Shown in pieces: positions 40,266 through 50,684 of a DNA stretch of 51,203 nt. The number at the start of each line of letters is the position of its first letter. The first letter of the stretch is position 1. This DNA comes from Alphaproteobacteria bacterium (GTDB lineage Bacteria > Pseudomonadota > Alphaproteobacteria > JAAXGF01), in NCBI GenBank assembly GCA_046582565.1, contig JAYGED010000178.1:1-51203 (forward strand). The letters run 5' to 3'. The notes under the pieces are model-generated. The model was not told where the DNA came from. It did no database searches and worked only from the letters and a program-made list of their open reading frames with translations. A program made the position numbers and the translations under genes.

Positions 40266-40389
40266 TCAGCCTCACAAGCATTCTCCGACCGCTACCGGTC
40301 GGAGAAGCAAGCGAGCAAGCGCGAGCCGCCGGCTTACCCGGTGTAAGTTTGCGTGACGTTTGAACGCAGGGAGCCCTTTTGGGCGACCG
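40266..40389 (+). repeat. ~120-bp multi-hairpin interspersed repeat, copy 1
   Basis: Near-identical to 50685-50805; four stem-loops. Confidence 0.9.
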
Positions 40390-40397
40390 AAATTGCT

Positions 40398-40811
40398 TTA
40401 ATTATCCCGGCGCTTGGGCAGCGGCGGCAATATTCCGAACTCGATGCCTTCTTCGTCAAGGGCGCGGGCGTCTGCCATGTCGGCGCGGCCGTGGATATTG
40501 CGCCTTTCGGTCTCGCCGTAATGAATTTTGCGCGCTTCTTCGGGGAATTTCTCGCCGACATCGTCGCTGTTCTTGGTGATTTCCTCGTGCATGGCTTGCA
40601 GCTGGCGCATCATCTGGGCGGCCTGGGCGGGATCCCTGGTCTCGGAGCTGCGGGCGACGTTGGGCGCCATCAGCGCCTTGGTGATACGGCAATCGCCGCA
40701 CAACGGGCACTCGATTTCGCCGGCCGCCGCCTGGGTATCGTAGGTCTCGCTGTCACGGAACCACGCCTCGAAAACATGGTCCTCAGCACATTTGAGATCG
40801 AACAGGATCAT
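40398..40811 (-). CDS. DUF1178 family protein
   Basis: MI.FDLKC...H.FEAWF, CPLCG, K.LMAP, VG..F.EEARKIHYGE. Confidence 0.93.
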   Translation of the reverse strand: MILFDLKCAEDHVFEAWFRDSETYDTQAAAGEIECPLCGDCRITKALMAPNVARSSETRDPAQAAQMMRQLQAMHEEITKNSDDVGEKFPEEARKIHYGETERRNIHGRADMADARALDEEGIEFGILPPLPKRRDN

Positions 40812-40907
40812 CGCCGCGTCCCTATTATTCGCATAATCGCCAAATAATCATATTTTCCACATAATCGCTTTCGGATTTGTAAACAACATGAAATTGTCTG
40901 CCTGACC

Positions 40908-41456
40908 ATGACCGAGACTGTCCATCATACGCCAATCGATGAGCCCTCGCCCTGGGTGGTGCGCTTCGCCACACGGGTGCACGAGGGCGCCGAGGTGCTC
41001 GATGTTGCCTGCGGCAGCGGCCGTCATTCGCGGGTTTTTCTCAATCTTGGCCATGCGGTCACGGCGCTCGACCGCACTCTCTCGCGGCTCGCCGTGGCGC
41101 TTGATGAGCCCGGCTTCACCGCCATCGAGGGTGATCTTGAGGACGGCGGCCCCTGGCCGCTGGCGGGGCGGTTATTCGGCGCCGTGGTGGTGACCAACTA
41201 CCTCTACAGGCCGCTGTTCCCCGCGCTGATGGCAAGCCTGGAGCCAGGGGGGGTGCTGATCTACGAGACCTTCGCCCTGGGCAATGAGCGCTTCGGCCGG
41301 CCGCGCAATCCCGATCATCTGCTCAAGTCCGGCGAACTACTCGAGGCGGTTCGCGGCCACCTCATGGTGATCGCCTACGAGGATATCGAACGGCCGGCGC
41401 CGAAACGCGCTAAGATACAGCGGATATGCGCGATTTCCCCAGATTCGTCACCGTGA
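40908..41456 (+). CDS. Class I SAM-dependent methyltransferase
   Basis: PSPWV.RF, LDVACGSGRH, VVTNYL.RP, YETF..G...GRP.NP. Confidence 0.88.
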   Translation: MTETVHHTPIDEPSPWVVRFATRVHEGAEVLDVACGSGRHSRVFLNLGHAVTALDRTLSRLAVALDEPGFTAIEGDLEDGGPWPLAGRLFGAVVVTNYLYRPLFPALMASLEPGGVLIYETFALGNERFGRPRNPDHLLKSGELLEAVRGHLMVIAYEDIERPAPKRAKIQRICAISPDSSP

Positions 41457-42279
41457 AAGGCCGGTCATGGTCGAGGCTCGGGATCATGGCGCGCACCTGA
41501 TCGATACGCGCCGGGTCGATCTCGGCCATGACGAAGCCCACACCATCGCCGCCGTCGGCGAGCACCTTGCCCCAGGGGTCGATGATCATCGAATGGCCGC
41601 AGGAATTGCGCTTGGCGTAATGGTGGCCGGTCTGGCAGGGGGCGATGACGTAGCAGCAGTTCTCGATGGCCCGGGCGCGCAGCAAAATCTCCCAATGGAC
41701 ATCGCCGGTCACCTTGGTGAAGGCGGCGGGGATGGTCATGAACCGCGCGCCGCCCTGGGCCAGGGCCCGGTAGAGCTGTGGGAAACGCAGGTCGTAGCAG
41801 ATGGTCATGCCCAGCATTCCCCAGGGGGTGTCGGCCAGACGCGCTTCGGGGCCGGGCTGGAAATCCTTTGATTCGCGGAACCGCTCGCCGGTCGGCAGGT
41901 CCACATCGAACATATGAATCTTGTCATAACTCGCCACTACCCGGCCGCCGTTATCGAGCAGCACCGAGCAATTGGCGATGCGTCCGTCGGGCGCGCGCGC
42001 CGGCAGCGAGCCGATCAGCATCCAGCGCCCAAGCTCGGCGGCCAGCGCCGCCAGATGCGCCAAGGTCGGATGCTCATCAAGCGGCACCGCATGGTCGTGC
42101 AGCACGGCGGTGCGCGGCTCCATCAGGGTGCAATGCTCGGGCATGGTGATGAAATCGGCGCCCGCGGCGGCGGCGTCTCGGATCAGGGAGCTCAGCTTTG
42201 CGACATTTTCGTCGAGATCGGGTGTCGCCGTGTTTTGAATACAGGCGACCTTGAAAGGTTGAGCGCTTGTCTCGGTCAT
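41410..42279 (-). CDS. Carbon-nitrogen hydrolase (Nit1/deaminated glutathione amidase-like)
   Basis: PE, YDKIHMFDV, ICYDLRFP triad motifs, ARAIEN. Confidence 0.92.
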   Translation of the reverse strand: MTETSAQPFKVACIQNTATPDLDENVAKLSSLIRDAAAAGADFITMPEHCTLMEPRTAVLHDHAVPLDEHPTLAHLAALAAELGRWMLIGSLPARAPDGRIANCSVLLDNGGRVVASYDKIHMFDVDLPTGERFRESKDFQPGPEARLADTPWGMLGMTICYDLRFPQLYRALAQGGARFMTIPAAFTKVTGDVHWEILLRARAIENCCYVIAPCQTGHHYAKRNSCGHSMIIDPWGKVLADGGDGVGFVMAEIDPARIDQVRAMIPSLDHDRPFTVTNLGKSRISAVS

Positions 42280-42542
42280 GAGGGGGATCCTTCCAGCATG
42301 GCGTTGAGCACATCATCCTGCTCGAGTTCCATGAGTTCGTTGAAGCCGCCAACGGCGACGTCGTCGATGAAAATTTGCGGCACCGATGTAGCGCCGCCGG
42401 CGCGTTCGGTCATCTCGCCGCGCAGGCCCGGCTTGAACATCACGTCATATTCGGTGAAATCGACGCCCTTCTTGGACAGCAGATTTTTGGCCGCGTCGCA
42501 AAAGCCGCACAGCATGGTGGTGTAAATCTCGACTTTGGCCAA
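42276..42542 (-). CDS. grxC: Glutaredoxin 3
   Basis: CGFC active site, SVPQIFI, GG; TTG start. Confidence 0.92.
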   Translation of the reverse strand: MAKVEIYTTMLCGFCDAAKNLLSKKGVDFTEYDVMFKPGLRGEMTERAGGATSVPQIFIDDVAVGGFNELMELEQDDVLNAMLEGSPS

Positions 42543-42592
42543 ATCGCCTCCGCTTCTCAGGGTTCATGTTATTCGCAGGTGACAATATAGTA

Positions 42593-43345
42593 TCAGTCGC
42601 CTTCTGCGACTACCCGGGCCAGAGTCAAAACGGCAACAGTTGCGGCGCCCGCTTGCTTGAGTGTTCGCGCGCAGGCCTTGACGGTGGCGCCGGTGGTCAT
42701 CACGTCGTCGATCAGGACGATGCGCCGGCCTTCCACGGCGCGCTCCGGACGGACGGAGAAGGCGCCGCGAACATTCTCGAAGCGGTTGAGCGGCGTCAAA
42801 GTAATCTGGCTCACCGTATTGCGGGTGCGGATCAGCAAATCGGGCTCGAAGGCAAGCCCGGTCAAGTGAGCAATCTCGCGCGCCAGCAGAGCCGATTGGT
42901 TGAAGCGCCTGCTGAACAGGCGGCGGCGGTGGAGCGGCACCGGCGTTACCGCGTCGGCGTGGCTGAGAATCTCGGCGCTGCTACGCCCCATCCAGGCGGC
43001 AAATGCCGGCGCCCCATGGGTGCGGTCGTTATATTTGAAACCCTTCACCAAGGCGGCGACGACGCCGTTATAGCGCAGCACCGCGCGGGCCTGGTCGTAG
43101 TCCGGTGGCTTGCCGAGGCAGGCCTCGCACAAGACGCCCGCGCCTTCATCGAAGGCAAAGGGCAGGCCGCAGCAATGACAAGAGGGCGCGGCGATGAAAT
43201 CGACCTCGGCCCAGCAATCGCCGCACAGCCGGCCCGGCACATCGACCGACGCCGTGCAGGCGAGACAGCGCGGCGGCAGCAATATGTCCAGTAGGGTGTC
43301 GAACCAACGCCTTGGCGATGACGCGTAAGGGCGGGTGAGGGTCAT
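42593..43345 (-). CDS. comF: ComF family protein (double zinc ribbon plus PRT domain)
   Basis: Four CxxC, PVPLH..R...R.FNQ, IDDVMTTGAT. Start uncertain. Confidence 0.92.
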   Translation of the reverse strand: MTLTRPYASSPRRWFDTLLDILLPPRCLACTASVDVPGRLCGDCWAEVDFIAAPSCHCCGLPFAFDEGAGVLCEACLGKPPDYDQARAVLRYNGVVAALVKGFKYNDRTHGAPAFAAWMGRSSAEILSHADAVTPVPLHRRRLFSRRFNQSALLAREIAHLTGLAFEPDLLIRTRNTVSQITLTPLNRFENVRGAFSVRPERAVEGRRIVLIDDVMTTGATVKACARTLKQAGAATVAVLTLARVVAEGD

Positions 43346-43461
43346 GGCCCGAGTATGGCCGCCGGTGGCGGGATCGTCGAGAGAGTCCCATAAGATCGGA
43401 ATATGCTCTAGCATCCTCATGATACCGTGCCACCGTGATCAGTACCGGCAGCAAAAAAACC

Positions 43462-44436
43462 ATGCCCTATAGCCACCTCCCCAGGATTTCGCTCATCGAG
43501 CGTCCAACCCCCCTTGAGCAGCTTCACCGGATCGGAGCCGAGCTCGGCCACGACGCGCTCTTCGTGAAACGTGACGACGTCATGGCACTCGGTCTTGGCG
43601 GCAACAAAGTGCGGGGCCTGGAATTCTGGATAGGCGAGGCAATGAGCCAGGATTGCGACATGCTGTTGGTCGCGGGACAGCCGGTCTCGAACCAATGCCG
43701 CTTGACCGCCGCGGCGGCAGCCAAAACCGGGCTGGATTGCGTCATCCTGCACAATGCCGACCGCCCCGCGCGGATCGAGGGAAACCTGCTTTTGAACCAT
43801 CTTTACGGGGCCGAGATTCGCTATCTCGGCCCTCTGGACGAACCGGCGCGGCAAATTGCGGTCGAGGAAATGGCGCATGAACTCCGCAAGGCCGGGCGGC
43901 GGCCCTACATCATCGGCGATCCGGTGCTGGGTGCTGCGGGCTACGTGGTCGCCGCCGAGGAGCTTCTTCGCCAGGCGTCCGAGACCGTCGGAAGCTTCGA
44001 GCATATCGTTATGCCGGGCTCCATGGGGCCGACGCAGGCAGGCTTTCTCTATGGCCTTTTGCACGGCGGCTATACGGGCAAGGTGCACGTCATCAGCGTC
44101 GAATACGAACGGGACGAAATGGTGGCTCGGATCGAGACCATCTTCGCGGCGGTGTCGGAGAAACTGGGCGTGCTTGAGAATGCCCCCTCCACCATCGCGC
44201 GCTATGACGACAGCTTCCTGGGCCCCGGCTATGGTATGGCAAGCCCGGAGTCCGCCCAGGCAATGAAACGTTTCACCACATCCGAAGGTCTGCTGTTGGA
44301 GCCGACCTACACCGCCAAACCCTTTGCGGCGCTGCTATCGATGATCGAAGACGGCTCCATTCCAAAAAGCGCGCCGGTCTGTGCTCTCCATACCGGCGGC
44401 GTGCCGTCGCTTTTTGTGTCTTCAACGCTGGCATGA
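43462..44436 (+). CDS. PLP-dependent D-cysteine desulfhydrase/ACC deaminase family protein
   Basis: PTPL, KRDD, GGNKVR, SNQ, GN.LL..L.GA, LEPTYTAK, HTGG. Confidence 0.88.
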   Translation: MPYSHLPRISLIERPTPLEQLHRIGAELGHDALFVKRDDVMALGLGGNKVRGLEFWIGEAMSQDCDMLLVAGQPVSNQCRLTAAAAAKTGLDCVILHNADRPARIEGNLLLNHLYGAEIRYLGPLDEPARQIAVEEMAHELRKAGRRPYIIGDPVLGAAGYVVAAEELLRQASETVGSFEHIVMPGSMGPTQAGFLYGLLHGGYTGKVHVISVEYERDEMVARIETIFAAVSEKLGVLENAPSTIARYDDSFLGPGYGMASPESAQAMKRFTTSEGLLLEPTYTAKPFAALLSMIEDGSIPKSAPVCALHTGGVPSLFVSSTLA

Positions 44437-44500
44437 AAGACCGTGGTTTTGGCGATGACGCGGGCTTTCGGTTTTCCCGGGTCCGCGCCATGATGGCGCC

Positions 44501-45385
44501 ATGAAGGGGCCTGTTGAAATTTTCGACCGAACGGCCGTGCGCCGTCACCGCGACCGGGCGGCGGCGCGGATCGGCGAGCATGATTTTCTCATCCAGGAAG
44601 TCGCTCAGCGTCTTCGTGAACGCCTCGGCGACGTCAAGCGGGCGTTCTCCTGTGCGCTCGATATGGGCGGTGTCGGCGCGGAGCCCCCCGCGGGGCTGGT
44701 GGTGCGGACCGATCTGTCGCCGGCCATGGTAGCGCACGGCTCCCGGCCCGCTATTGCCGCTGACGAGGAATGGCTGCCCTTCGCGCCGGCCAGCTTCGAT
44801 CTGGTGACCAGCCTGCTCACCCTTCATTGGGTCAACGACCTGCCCGGCGCCCTGGTGCAAATCCGCCGCTGCCTGAAGCCCGACGGGCTGTTTCTCGCCG
44901 CCATGCTGGGGGGCGAAACCCTGAGCGAGCTGCGCGAGTCCCTGGCTCAGGCGGAAAGCGCCGGCGAGGGCGGCGTCAGCCCGCGCCTGTCGCCGACGGT
45001 CGATCTCCAGGACATGGGGGCGCTCCTGCAGCGGGCGGGATTTGCCCTGCCGGTGGCCGATCTCGATCATCTCACCGTGAGTTATCCGGACGCCTTCGCC
45101 CTGATGCATGATCTGCGCGGCATGGGCGAGACCAACGCGGTGTGTGAGCGGCGCAAGCATTTCAGCCGGCGCGCCACCCTGATGGCGGCGGCGGATATTT
45201 ACAGAGAACGCTTCGCCGATGGCGACGGCCGCCTGGCCGCGACCTTTCAAATCGTCTGGCTGACCGCCTGGGCGCCCCATGAGAGCCAGCAACAGCCCCT
45301 GCGTCCGGGCGCCGCCAAATCCCGCCTCGCCGACGCCCTGGACGTGGAAGAAAAGCCGGCCGGCGACAAGGCGCGGCCGAAGTAG
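44501..45385 (+). CDS. BioC-like/NDUFAF5-like SAM-dependent methyltransferase
   Basis: IFDR..V..HR.RA, LHWVNDLPG, LRGMGE.N, QQPL.PG.A. Confidence 0.9.
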   Translation: MKGPVEIFDRTAVRRHRDRAAARIGEHDFLIQEVAQRLRERLGDVKRAFSCALDMGGVGAEPPAGLVVRTDLSPAMVAHGSRPAIAADEEWLPFAPASFDLVTSLLTLHWVNDLPGALVQIRRCLKPDGLFLAAMLGGETLSELRESLAQAESAGEGGVSPRLSPTVDLQDMGALLQRAGFALPVADLDHLTVSYPDAFALMHDLRGMGETNAVCERRKHFSRRATLMAAADIYRERFADGDGRLAATFQIVWLTAWAPHESQQQPLRPGAAKSRLADALDVEEKPAGDKARPK

Positions 45386-45398
45386 GAACTGTCCGGCG

Positions 45399-45448
45399 TT
45401 GCAATTGGTACTATAAAATGATATCTTCTAGATATCTAAATAGATATC
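45399..45448 (+). promoter_or_regulatory. Sigma70-type promoter with triple GATATC operator for the TA islet
   Basis: TTGCAA (45399-45404), 17-bp spacer, TG-n-TATCTT (45422-45427). GATATC at 45420, 45431 and 45443. Confidence 0.6.
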
Positions 45449-45460
45449 GAGTGAATTTGT

Positions 45461-45733
45461 ATGTCTACGCCCACTGATGACTATGTGCTGCGGTTCACGT
45501 CCGGCTCTGATGCACTGATCGCCAAGGACGAGGCCATGGCGCTTGCCCGTTCACGTAACATGTCGCTTCGCGACTTCATCTTGAGTGCGCTGGTCCATGA
45601 GCGGGAGCGCATCAGCCAAACCCCGCTCGCCGATGATGGGCCCCTGTCCGACAAACAAATAGACTGGCTTCGCGCGCAATTCCCCGATAACGCCTTCGAC
45701 GGTGAGACGCAGATCGGTCCTGCGCTCTGGTAG
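45461..45733 (+). CDS. Small protein, putative antitoxin (RHH-like helix pair)
   Basis: 90 aa; A.ALARSRNMSLRDFILSAL resembles a ribbon-helix-helix; acidic C-terminus; directly upstream of a PemK-like ORF. Confidence 0.55.
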   Translation: MSTPTDDYVLRFTSGSDALIAKDEAMALARSRNMSLRDFILSALVHERERISQTPLADDGPLSDKQIDWLRAQFPDNAFDGETQIGPALW

Positions 45734-46128
45734 GATATGAGCCGACGACCCTGCCCAAGCCTGGAGATGTCGTCTGGTGCAATTTTTCCTATGAGGGGAT
45801 GCCGGGTAAACCCGGCCCTAAGCCTCGCCCCGCTATTGTTCGCGCCGTCTTCATCGATCCTCAAACCAGTCGAGCCTCGATAGAGGTGGCTTTTGGCACC
45901 AGCAAGAAACCCGATAAGCTCTATAGGGGAGAAATTCTGGTCGCCTCGCCCGCGGGGATGAATAGTGCCGGCCTCGACCTGCCAACAAAATTTGCCCTTG
46001 GAAGAACCGTCCGTCTGCCCTGGGCGCGCCACTATTTTTCTATCAAACCGGGCAACACCCGTCTGGTCATGGGGTCGCTGCATCCCACCGACGTGCTTGC
46101 TCTTCGTCAAGCCGCCAAGGCCCCGTAG
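45727..46128 (+). CDS. PemK/MazF-like toxin candidate (start uncertain)
   Basis: Frame is open upstream of ATG 45799: (L)VGYEPTTLPKPGDVVWCNFSYEGMPGKPGPKPRPAIV...VAFGTS...GLDLPTKF, matching the PGD.VW..F / K.RP..V / TS pattern of MazF folds. Confidence 0.62.
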   Translation: MVGYEPTTLPKPGDVVWCNFSYEGMPGKPGPKPRPAIVRAVFIDPQTSRASIEVAFGTSKKPDKLYRGEILVASPAGMNSAGLDLPTKFALGRTVRLPWARHYFSIKPGNTRLVMGSLHPTDVLALRQAAKAP

Positions 46129-46133
46129 AGAGG

Positions 46134-46535
46134 CTAGCACAATAAATCCTCGAGCGTGGCGATGAGCGGCTCGTCGGCGGGGGGCATGGGGTAGTCGCGC
46201 AATTTGTCGGGCCGCGCCCATTTGATCTGCTGGCCCTCGCGGGGCTGTGCGATGCCGTCCCACTTGCGCAGGATATAGAGCGGCATAAGCAGATGGAAAT
46301 CGTCGTAAGCGTGAGAGGCGAAGCTCAGGGGCGACAGGCAGGGCAGGCATATGTCGATGCCGAGTTCTTCCCGAAGCTCGCGATCGAGGGCCGCCTCCGG
46401 GGTCTCGCCGGCCTCGACCTTGCCGCCGGGAAACTCCCACAACCCGGCCATAGGCTTGCCCTCGGGGCGGCGCGCCAACAGCACCCGCTCATCGATGTCA
46501 ATCAGGGCGCAGGCGACGACCAGCAGGGTTTTCAC
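46134..46535 (-). CDS. mutT: 8-oxo-dGTP diphosphatase (Nudix)
   Basis: WEFPGGKVE.GETPE.AL.REL.EELG; GTG start overlaps the argJ stop. Confidence 0.93.
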   Translation of the reverse strand: MKTLLVVACALIDIDERVLLARRPEGKPMAGLWEFPGGKVEAGETPEAALDRELREELGIDICLPCLSPLSFASHAYDDFHLLMPLYILRKWDGIAQPREGQQIKWARPDKLRDYPMPPADEPLIATLEDLLC

Positions 46536-47773
46536 GACCGGTAATCGGCGTTGATGTCGATATAGCCGTGGGTCAGGTCGCAACTCCAGACCGTGGCGCG
46601 GCCGCGCCCCACCCCGACATCCACATCGATGACGATCTCGCGGCCCCGCATATGGGGCATCACCGCGGCCTCGTCGTAATCGGCATGGGCGACGCCGTTC
46701 TCGGCGATCAGCACGCCGCCCATGCTGATGCTCATGCGGTCCCGGTCGGCCTCCTCGCCGGCCTTGCCGACAGCCATGACGATGCGTCCCCAGTTGGCGT
46801 CTTCGCCGGCGATGGCGGTCTTGACCAGAGGCGAATTGCCGATGGCGAGGCCGATACGCCGCGCCGATTTCACCGAGGCGGCGCCGCTGATGTTGATGGT
46901 GATGAATTTGCCTGCCCCTTCGCCGTCGCGAACCACCTGCTGGGCAAGGTCCATGAGCAATTCTTCAAGAGCGCCCCGGAAATCGCGGTAGCGCGCCTTG
47001 CTTGATGACTCGGGCGCGTCGGCTGGGGCGGCCTGGCCGGTGGCGAAGACCAGCAGGGTATCGCTGGTCGAGGTATCGCTGTCCACGGTGATGGAATTGA
47101 ACGAGCGGCTGTTGGCGGTGGCCAGCATGGCCTGTAGCGCCGGGGCGGGGACAGCCGCATCGGTAAAAACAAAGCACAGCATGGTTGCCATGTCGGGGGC
47201 GATCATGCCCGAGCCCTTGGCAAAGCCGTTCAGCGTGACCGTGACGCCGTCGACGGTCGCCTGGCGGGTGGCGCCCTTGGGGTAGGTGTCGGTGGTCATG
47301 ATCGCCCGGGCGGCGTCCTCCCAGCCGGCGTCTTTCTGCGCGGCGTAAAGACCGTCCAGAGCGTCGGTGATTTTTTCCGTGCTCAGGGTTTCGCCGATGA
47401 CGCCGGTCGAGGCGATGTAGATGCCCTCGGGCTCGGCTCCGACCAGGCCGGCGGTTATTTCCGCGGTGCGCCGCACGGTATCGAGCCCGGCCGCCCCGGT
47501 GAAGGCATTGGCGTTACCGGCGTTGACAACCAGGGCGCGCGGCGCATCGTGATTGAGCGCGTCGCGGCACCAGCCGACCGGAGCCGAAGCGGTTCGCGAG
47601 CGGGTAAACACCCCGGCAACCGTGGTTCCTGCCGCCACAGTGATCAAGGTGAGGTCGTTACGCCCCTTGTAGCGCTCACCACTCATGGTCGCCGCAAGCC
47701 GCACCCCGGCCACCACCGGCATAGGGGGGAAGGAATCGGGCGCGAGGGGCGAGACGGGAAGTTTTTTGGCCAT
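46532..47773 (-). CDS. argJ: Glutamate N-acetyltransferase/amino-acid acetyltransferase
   Basis: NAGNANA.TG, KGSGMIAPDMATML, DGEGA, NWGR. Confidence 0.97.
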   Translation of the reverse strand: MAKKLPVSPLAPDSFPPMPVVAGVRLAATMSGERYKGRNDLTLITVAAGTTVAGVFTRSRTASAPVGWCRDALNHDAPRALVVNAGNANAFTGAAGLDTVRRTAEITAGLVGAEPEGIYIASTGVIGETLSTEKITDALDGLYAAQKDAGWEDAARAIMTTDTYPKGATRQATVDGVTVTLNGFAKGSGMIAPDMATMLCFVFTDAAVPAPALQAMLATANSRSFNSITVDSDTSTSDTLLVFATGQAAPADAPESSSKARYRDFRGALEELLMDLAQQVVRDGEGAGKFITINISGAASVKSARRIGLAIGNSPLVKTAIAGEDANWGRIVMAVGKAGEEADRDRMSISMGGVLIAENGVAHADYDEAAVMPHMRGREIVIDVDVGVGRGRATVWSCDLTHGYIDINADYRS

Positions 47774-47972
47774 GGACTGCGATTTAAACTCCAGAACCTT
47801 GAGGCGAGGGGCAGATCATGCACATCACCGGCCTTGGCACAAGCCCGCCCCCGCCCCCAGCTGCCCCAGGGCAGGACATTGACTTAAACCCTTGTGTTGC
47901 TTATGTCTGACCGTGACAGGCGGTTCCCCGTCGCCTGCGGCTCCTGATGTCTTAAAAGGCTTGCTCACCGTC

Positions 47973-50660
47973 ATGTTCGGCTCTCTTGCGCAGCGCTTGT
48001 TCGGCTCCGCCAACGACCGCATCCTAAAAACCTTCGAAGTCACGGTCGCGGCGATCAACGAGCTTGAAGCCAGCCTCGAGGCGCTCGACGACGACGGCGT
48101 TCGTGCCCGCACGGACATGCTGCGTACGCGTCTGGCCGGCGGTGACAGTCTCGACGATATTCTGCCCGACGCCTTCGCCACGGTCCGCGAAGCCGCCAAG
48201 CGCACCCTGGGCCAGCGTCATTTTGACGTACAGCTCATGGGCGGCATTGTGCTGCATGACGGCAAGATCGCCGAGATGAAGACCGGCGAAGGCAAGACCC
48301 TGGTGGCGACCCTAGCGGTCTATCTCAACGCCCTTACCGGGCGCGGCGTCCATGTGGTGACGGTCAACGATTATCTGGCGGCCCGCGATTCCCGCTGGAT
48401 GGGGCAGATTTACGAATTTCTCGGGCTCACCGTGGGCTGCATCGTCCACGGCCTGGACGACGAACAGCGCCGCGAGCAATACGCCGCCGATGTGACCTAC
48501 GGCACCAACAACGAATACGGCTTCGATTATCTGCGCGACAATATGAAGTTCACCCTCGATACCATGGTCCAGCGGCCGTTCAATTTCGCCATCGTTGACG
48601 AGGTCGACTCCATCCTGATCGACGAGGCGCGCACGCCGTTGATCATTTCCGGTCCGACCGAGGACAACACCGAACTCTATGTCAAGATCGACAAGTTCAT
48701 CCCGCGGCTCGGCGCAGACGATTATGAAGTGGACGAGAAGGCGCGCTCGGCGACCCTGACCGAGATCGGCACCGAGACCATCGAGGCCCTGTTGAAAGAG
48801 GCCGGCCTGCTCGAGGGTGAGAACCTGTACGACATCGAAAATGTCTCCATCGTCCATCACGTCAATCAGGCGCTGCGCGCCCATCATCTGTTCGAGCGCG
48901 ACAAGGATTATATCGTCAAGGACGACATGGTCATCATCATCGATGAATTCACCGGGCGCATGATGGAAGGTCGGCGCTATTCCGACGGGCTGCATCAGGC
49001 GTTGGAGGGTAAGGAAGGCGTCACCATCCAGAACGAGAACCAGACCCTGGCCTCAATCACCTTCCAGAATTATTTCAGGCTGTACCCTAAGCTTTCGGGT
49101 ATGACCGGCACGGCGATGACCGAAGCGGGCGAGTTCGACGATATCTACAAGCTCGAAGTTATCGAAATGGACACCAATCTTCCGGCCATCCGCGAAGACC
49201 AGGACGATGAGATCTATCGCACGGTCGAGGAAAAATTCAACGCCGTCGTCGATCTTATCGAAGAGCGCCAGGAAGCCGGCCAGCCGCTGCTGGTGGGTAC
49301 GGTGAGTATCGAGAAATCGGAAGAACTTTCGACCCTGCTGAAGAAGCGCAAGGTCAAGCATAATGTGCTGAATGCGCGCTATCACGAGCAGGAAGCCTCG
49401 ATCATCGCACAAGCCGGCGGCTTGGGAATGGTCACCATCGCCACCAACATGGCCGGGCGCGGCACCGACATCCAGCTTGGCGGCAATCTCGACATGCGCA
49501 TCTCCCAGGAGATTGACCCGGATGCGGGTGAGCAAGAGCGGACTCGCCGTATCGCCGAAATCACCGCCGAGATCGAGGCCAACAAGGCAAAAGTCATCGC
49601 CGCCGGCGGGCTGTTCGTGCTCGGCACCGAGCGCCATGAGTCCCGCCGCATCGACAATCAGCTGCGCGGGCGCTCAGGCCGCCAGGGCGATCCCGGCACG
49701 TCGAAATTCTTCCTCTCGCTGCGCGACGATCTGATGCGCATCTTCGGCTCCGACCGCATGGACGGAATGCTGCAAAAGCTCGGCCTCGAAGACGGCGAAG
49801 CGATCGTTCATACCTGGATCAACAAGGCTATCGAGAAGGCCCAGAAGAAGGTCGAGGAGCGCAACTTCGAAATCCGCAAGAACCTGCTCAAGTTCGACGA
49901 CGTGATGAACGACCAGCGCAAGGTAATCTATGAGCAGCGCATCGATTTGATGCGCGCCGCCGAGGTCGAGACCATGGTGGCCGACATGCGCCATGAGGTG
50001 ATCGAGGACATGGTCGAGCGCTTCATTCCCGAAAAGGCCTACCCCGAACAATGGGAGATGAAATCGCTCCATACGGAAGCGATCCGATTGCTGGCGCTTG
50101 ATCTGCCGGCCGAGGACTGGGCGGCTGAGGAAGGCATCGCCGATGCGGAAATTCTCGAGCGTATAACCGCTGCCTCCGACACATGGATGGCCGAGAAAGA
50201 AGAACGCTTCTCGGTGGAAGTCATGCGCATGGCCGAAAAGAGCCTGCTTCTGCAAATCCTCGATCAGCAATGGAAGACCCATCTGCTGGCCCTCGACCAT
50301 CTGCGCCAGGGTATCGGCCTGCGCGCCTATGCGCAGCGCGATCCGCTGAACGAATACAAACGCGAAGCCTTCGACATGTTCAACGGCATGCTGTCGACCC
50401 TGCGCGAGACCATGACCGCGGTGCTATCCCACATCGAGCTTCGCGTGGCGCCGGAACAGGAAGACGGTTTCTCGGCCCCATCGCCGCCCCGCCAAGTGAT
50501 GAGTGAAAGTCGCAGCCTGCCTGGTGAGAAGGCGAAGGCCCCGCCGTTTGCGCCCGCCCAGGCGAGTTCGGCGTCACCCTGGGGCAAGGTCGGGCGCAAC
50601 AAACCCTGTCCCTGCGGCTCGGGCAAAAAATACAAGCATTGCCACGGCCGGGTGGCCTAA
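47973..50660 (+). CDS. secA: Protein translocase subunit SecA
   Basis: [33 protein letters not shown] motif. Start trimmed to MFGSL. Confidence 0.98.
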   Translation: MFGSLAQRLFGSANDRILKTFEVTVAAINELEASLEALDDDGVRARTDMLRTRLAGGDSLDDILPDAFATVREAAKRTLGQRHFDVQLMGGIVLHDGKIAEMKTGEGKTLVATLAVYLNALTGRGVHVVTVNDYLAARDSRWMGQIYEFLGLTVGCIVHGLDDEQRREQYAADVTYGTNNEYGFDYLRDNMKFTLDTMVQRPFNFAIVDEVDSILIDEARTPLIISGPTEDNTELYVKIDKFIPRLGADDYEVDEKARSATLTEIGTETIEALLKEAGLLEGENLYDIENVSIVHHVNQALRAHHLFERDKDYIVKDDMVIIIDEFTGRMMEGRRYSDGLHQALEGKEGVTIQNENQTLASITFQNYFRLYPKLSGMTGTAMTEAGEFDDIYKLEVIEMDTNLPAIREDQDDEIYRTVEEKFNAVVDLIEERQEAGQPLLVGTVSIEKSEELSTLLKKRKVKHNVLNARYHEQEASIIAQAGGLGMVTIATNMAGRGTDIQLGGNLDMRISQEIDPDAGEQERTRRIAEITAEIEANKAKVIAAGGLFVLGTERHESRRIDNQLRGRSGRQGDPGTSKFFLSLRDDLMRIFGSDRMDGMLQKLGLEDGEAIVHTWINKAIEKAQKKVEERNFEIRKNLLKFDDVMNDQRKVIYEQRIDLMRAAEVETMVADMRHEVIEDMVERFIPEKAYPEQWEMKSLHTEAIRLLALDLPAEDWAAEEGIADAEILERITAASDTWMAEKEERFSVEVMRMAEKSLLLQILDQQWKTHLLALDHLRQGIGLRAYAQRDPLNEYKREAFDMFNGMLSTLRETMTAVLSHIELRVAPEQEDGFSAPSPPRQVMSESRSLPGEKAKAPPFAPAQASSASPWGKVGRNKPCPCGSGKKYKHCHGRVA

Positions 50661-50684
50661 GGCGGGTTTAAGAGTGCCTATTAT

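Noticed and set aside
45481-46440. 319-aa minus-strand ORF over the TA islet
   Set aside because: Low-complexity Arg/Pro-rich shadow frame overlapping mutT and the two + strand genes.
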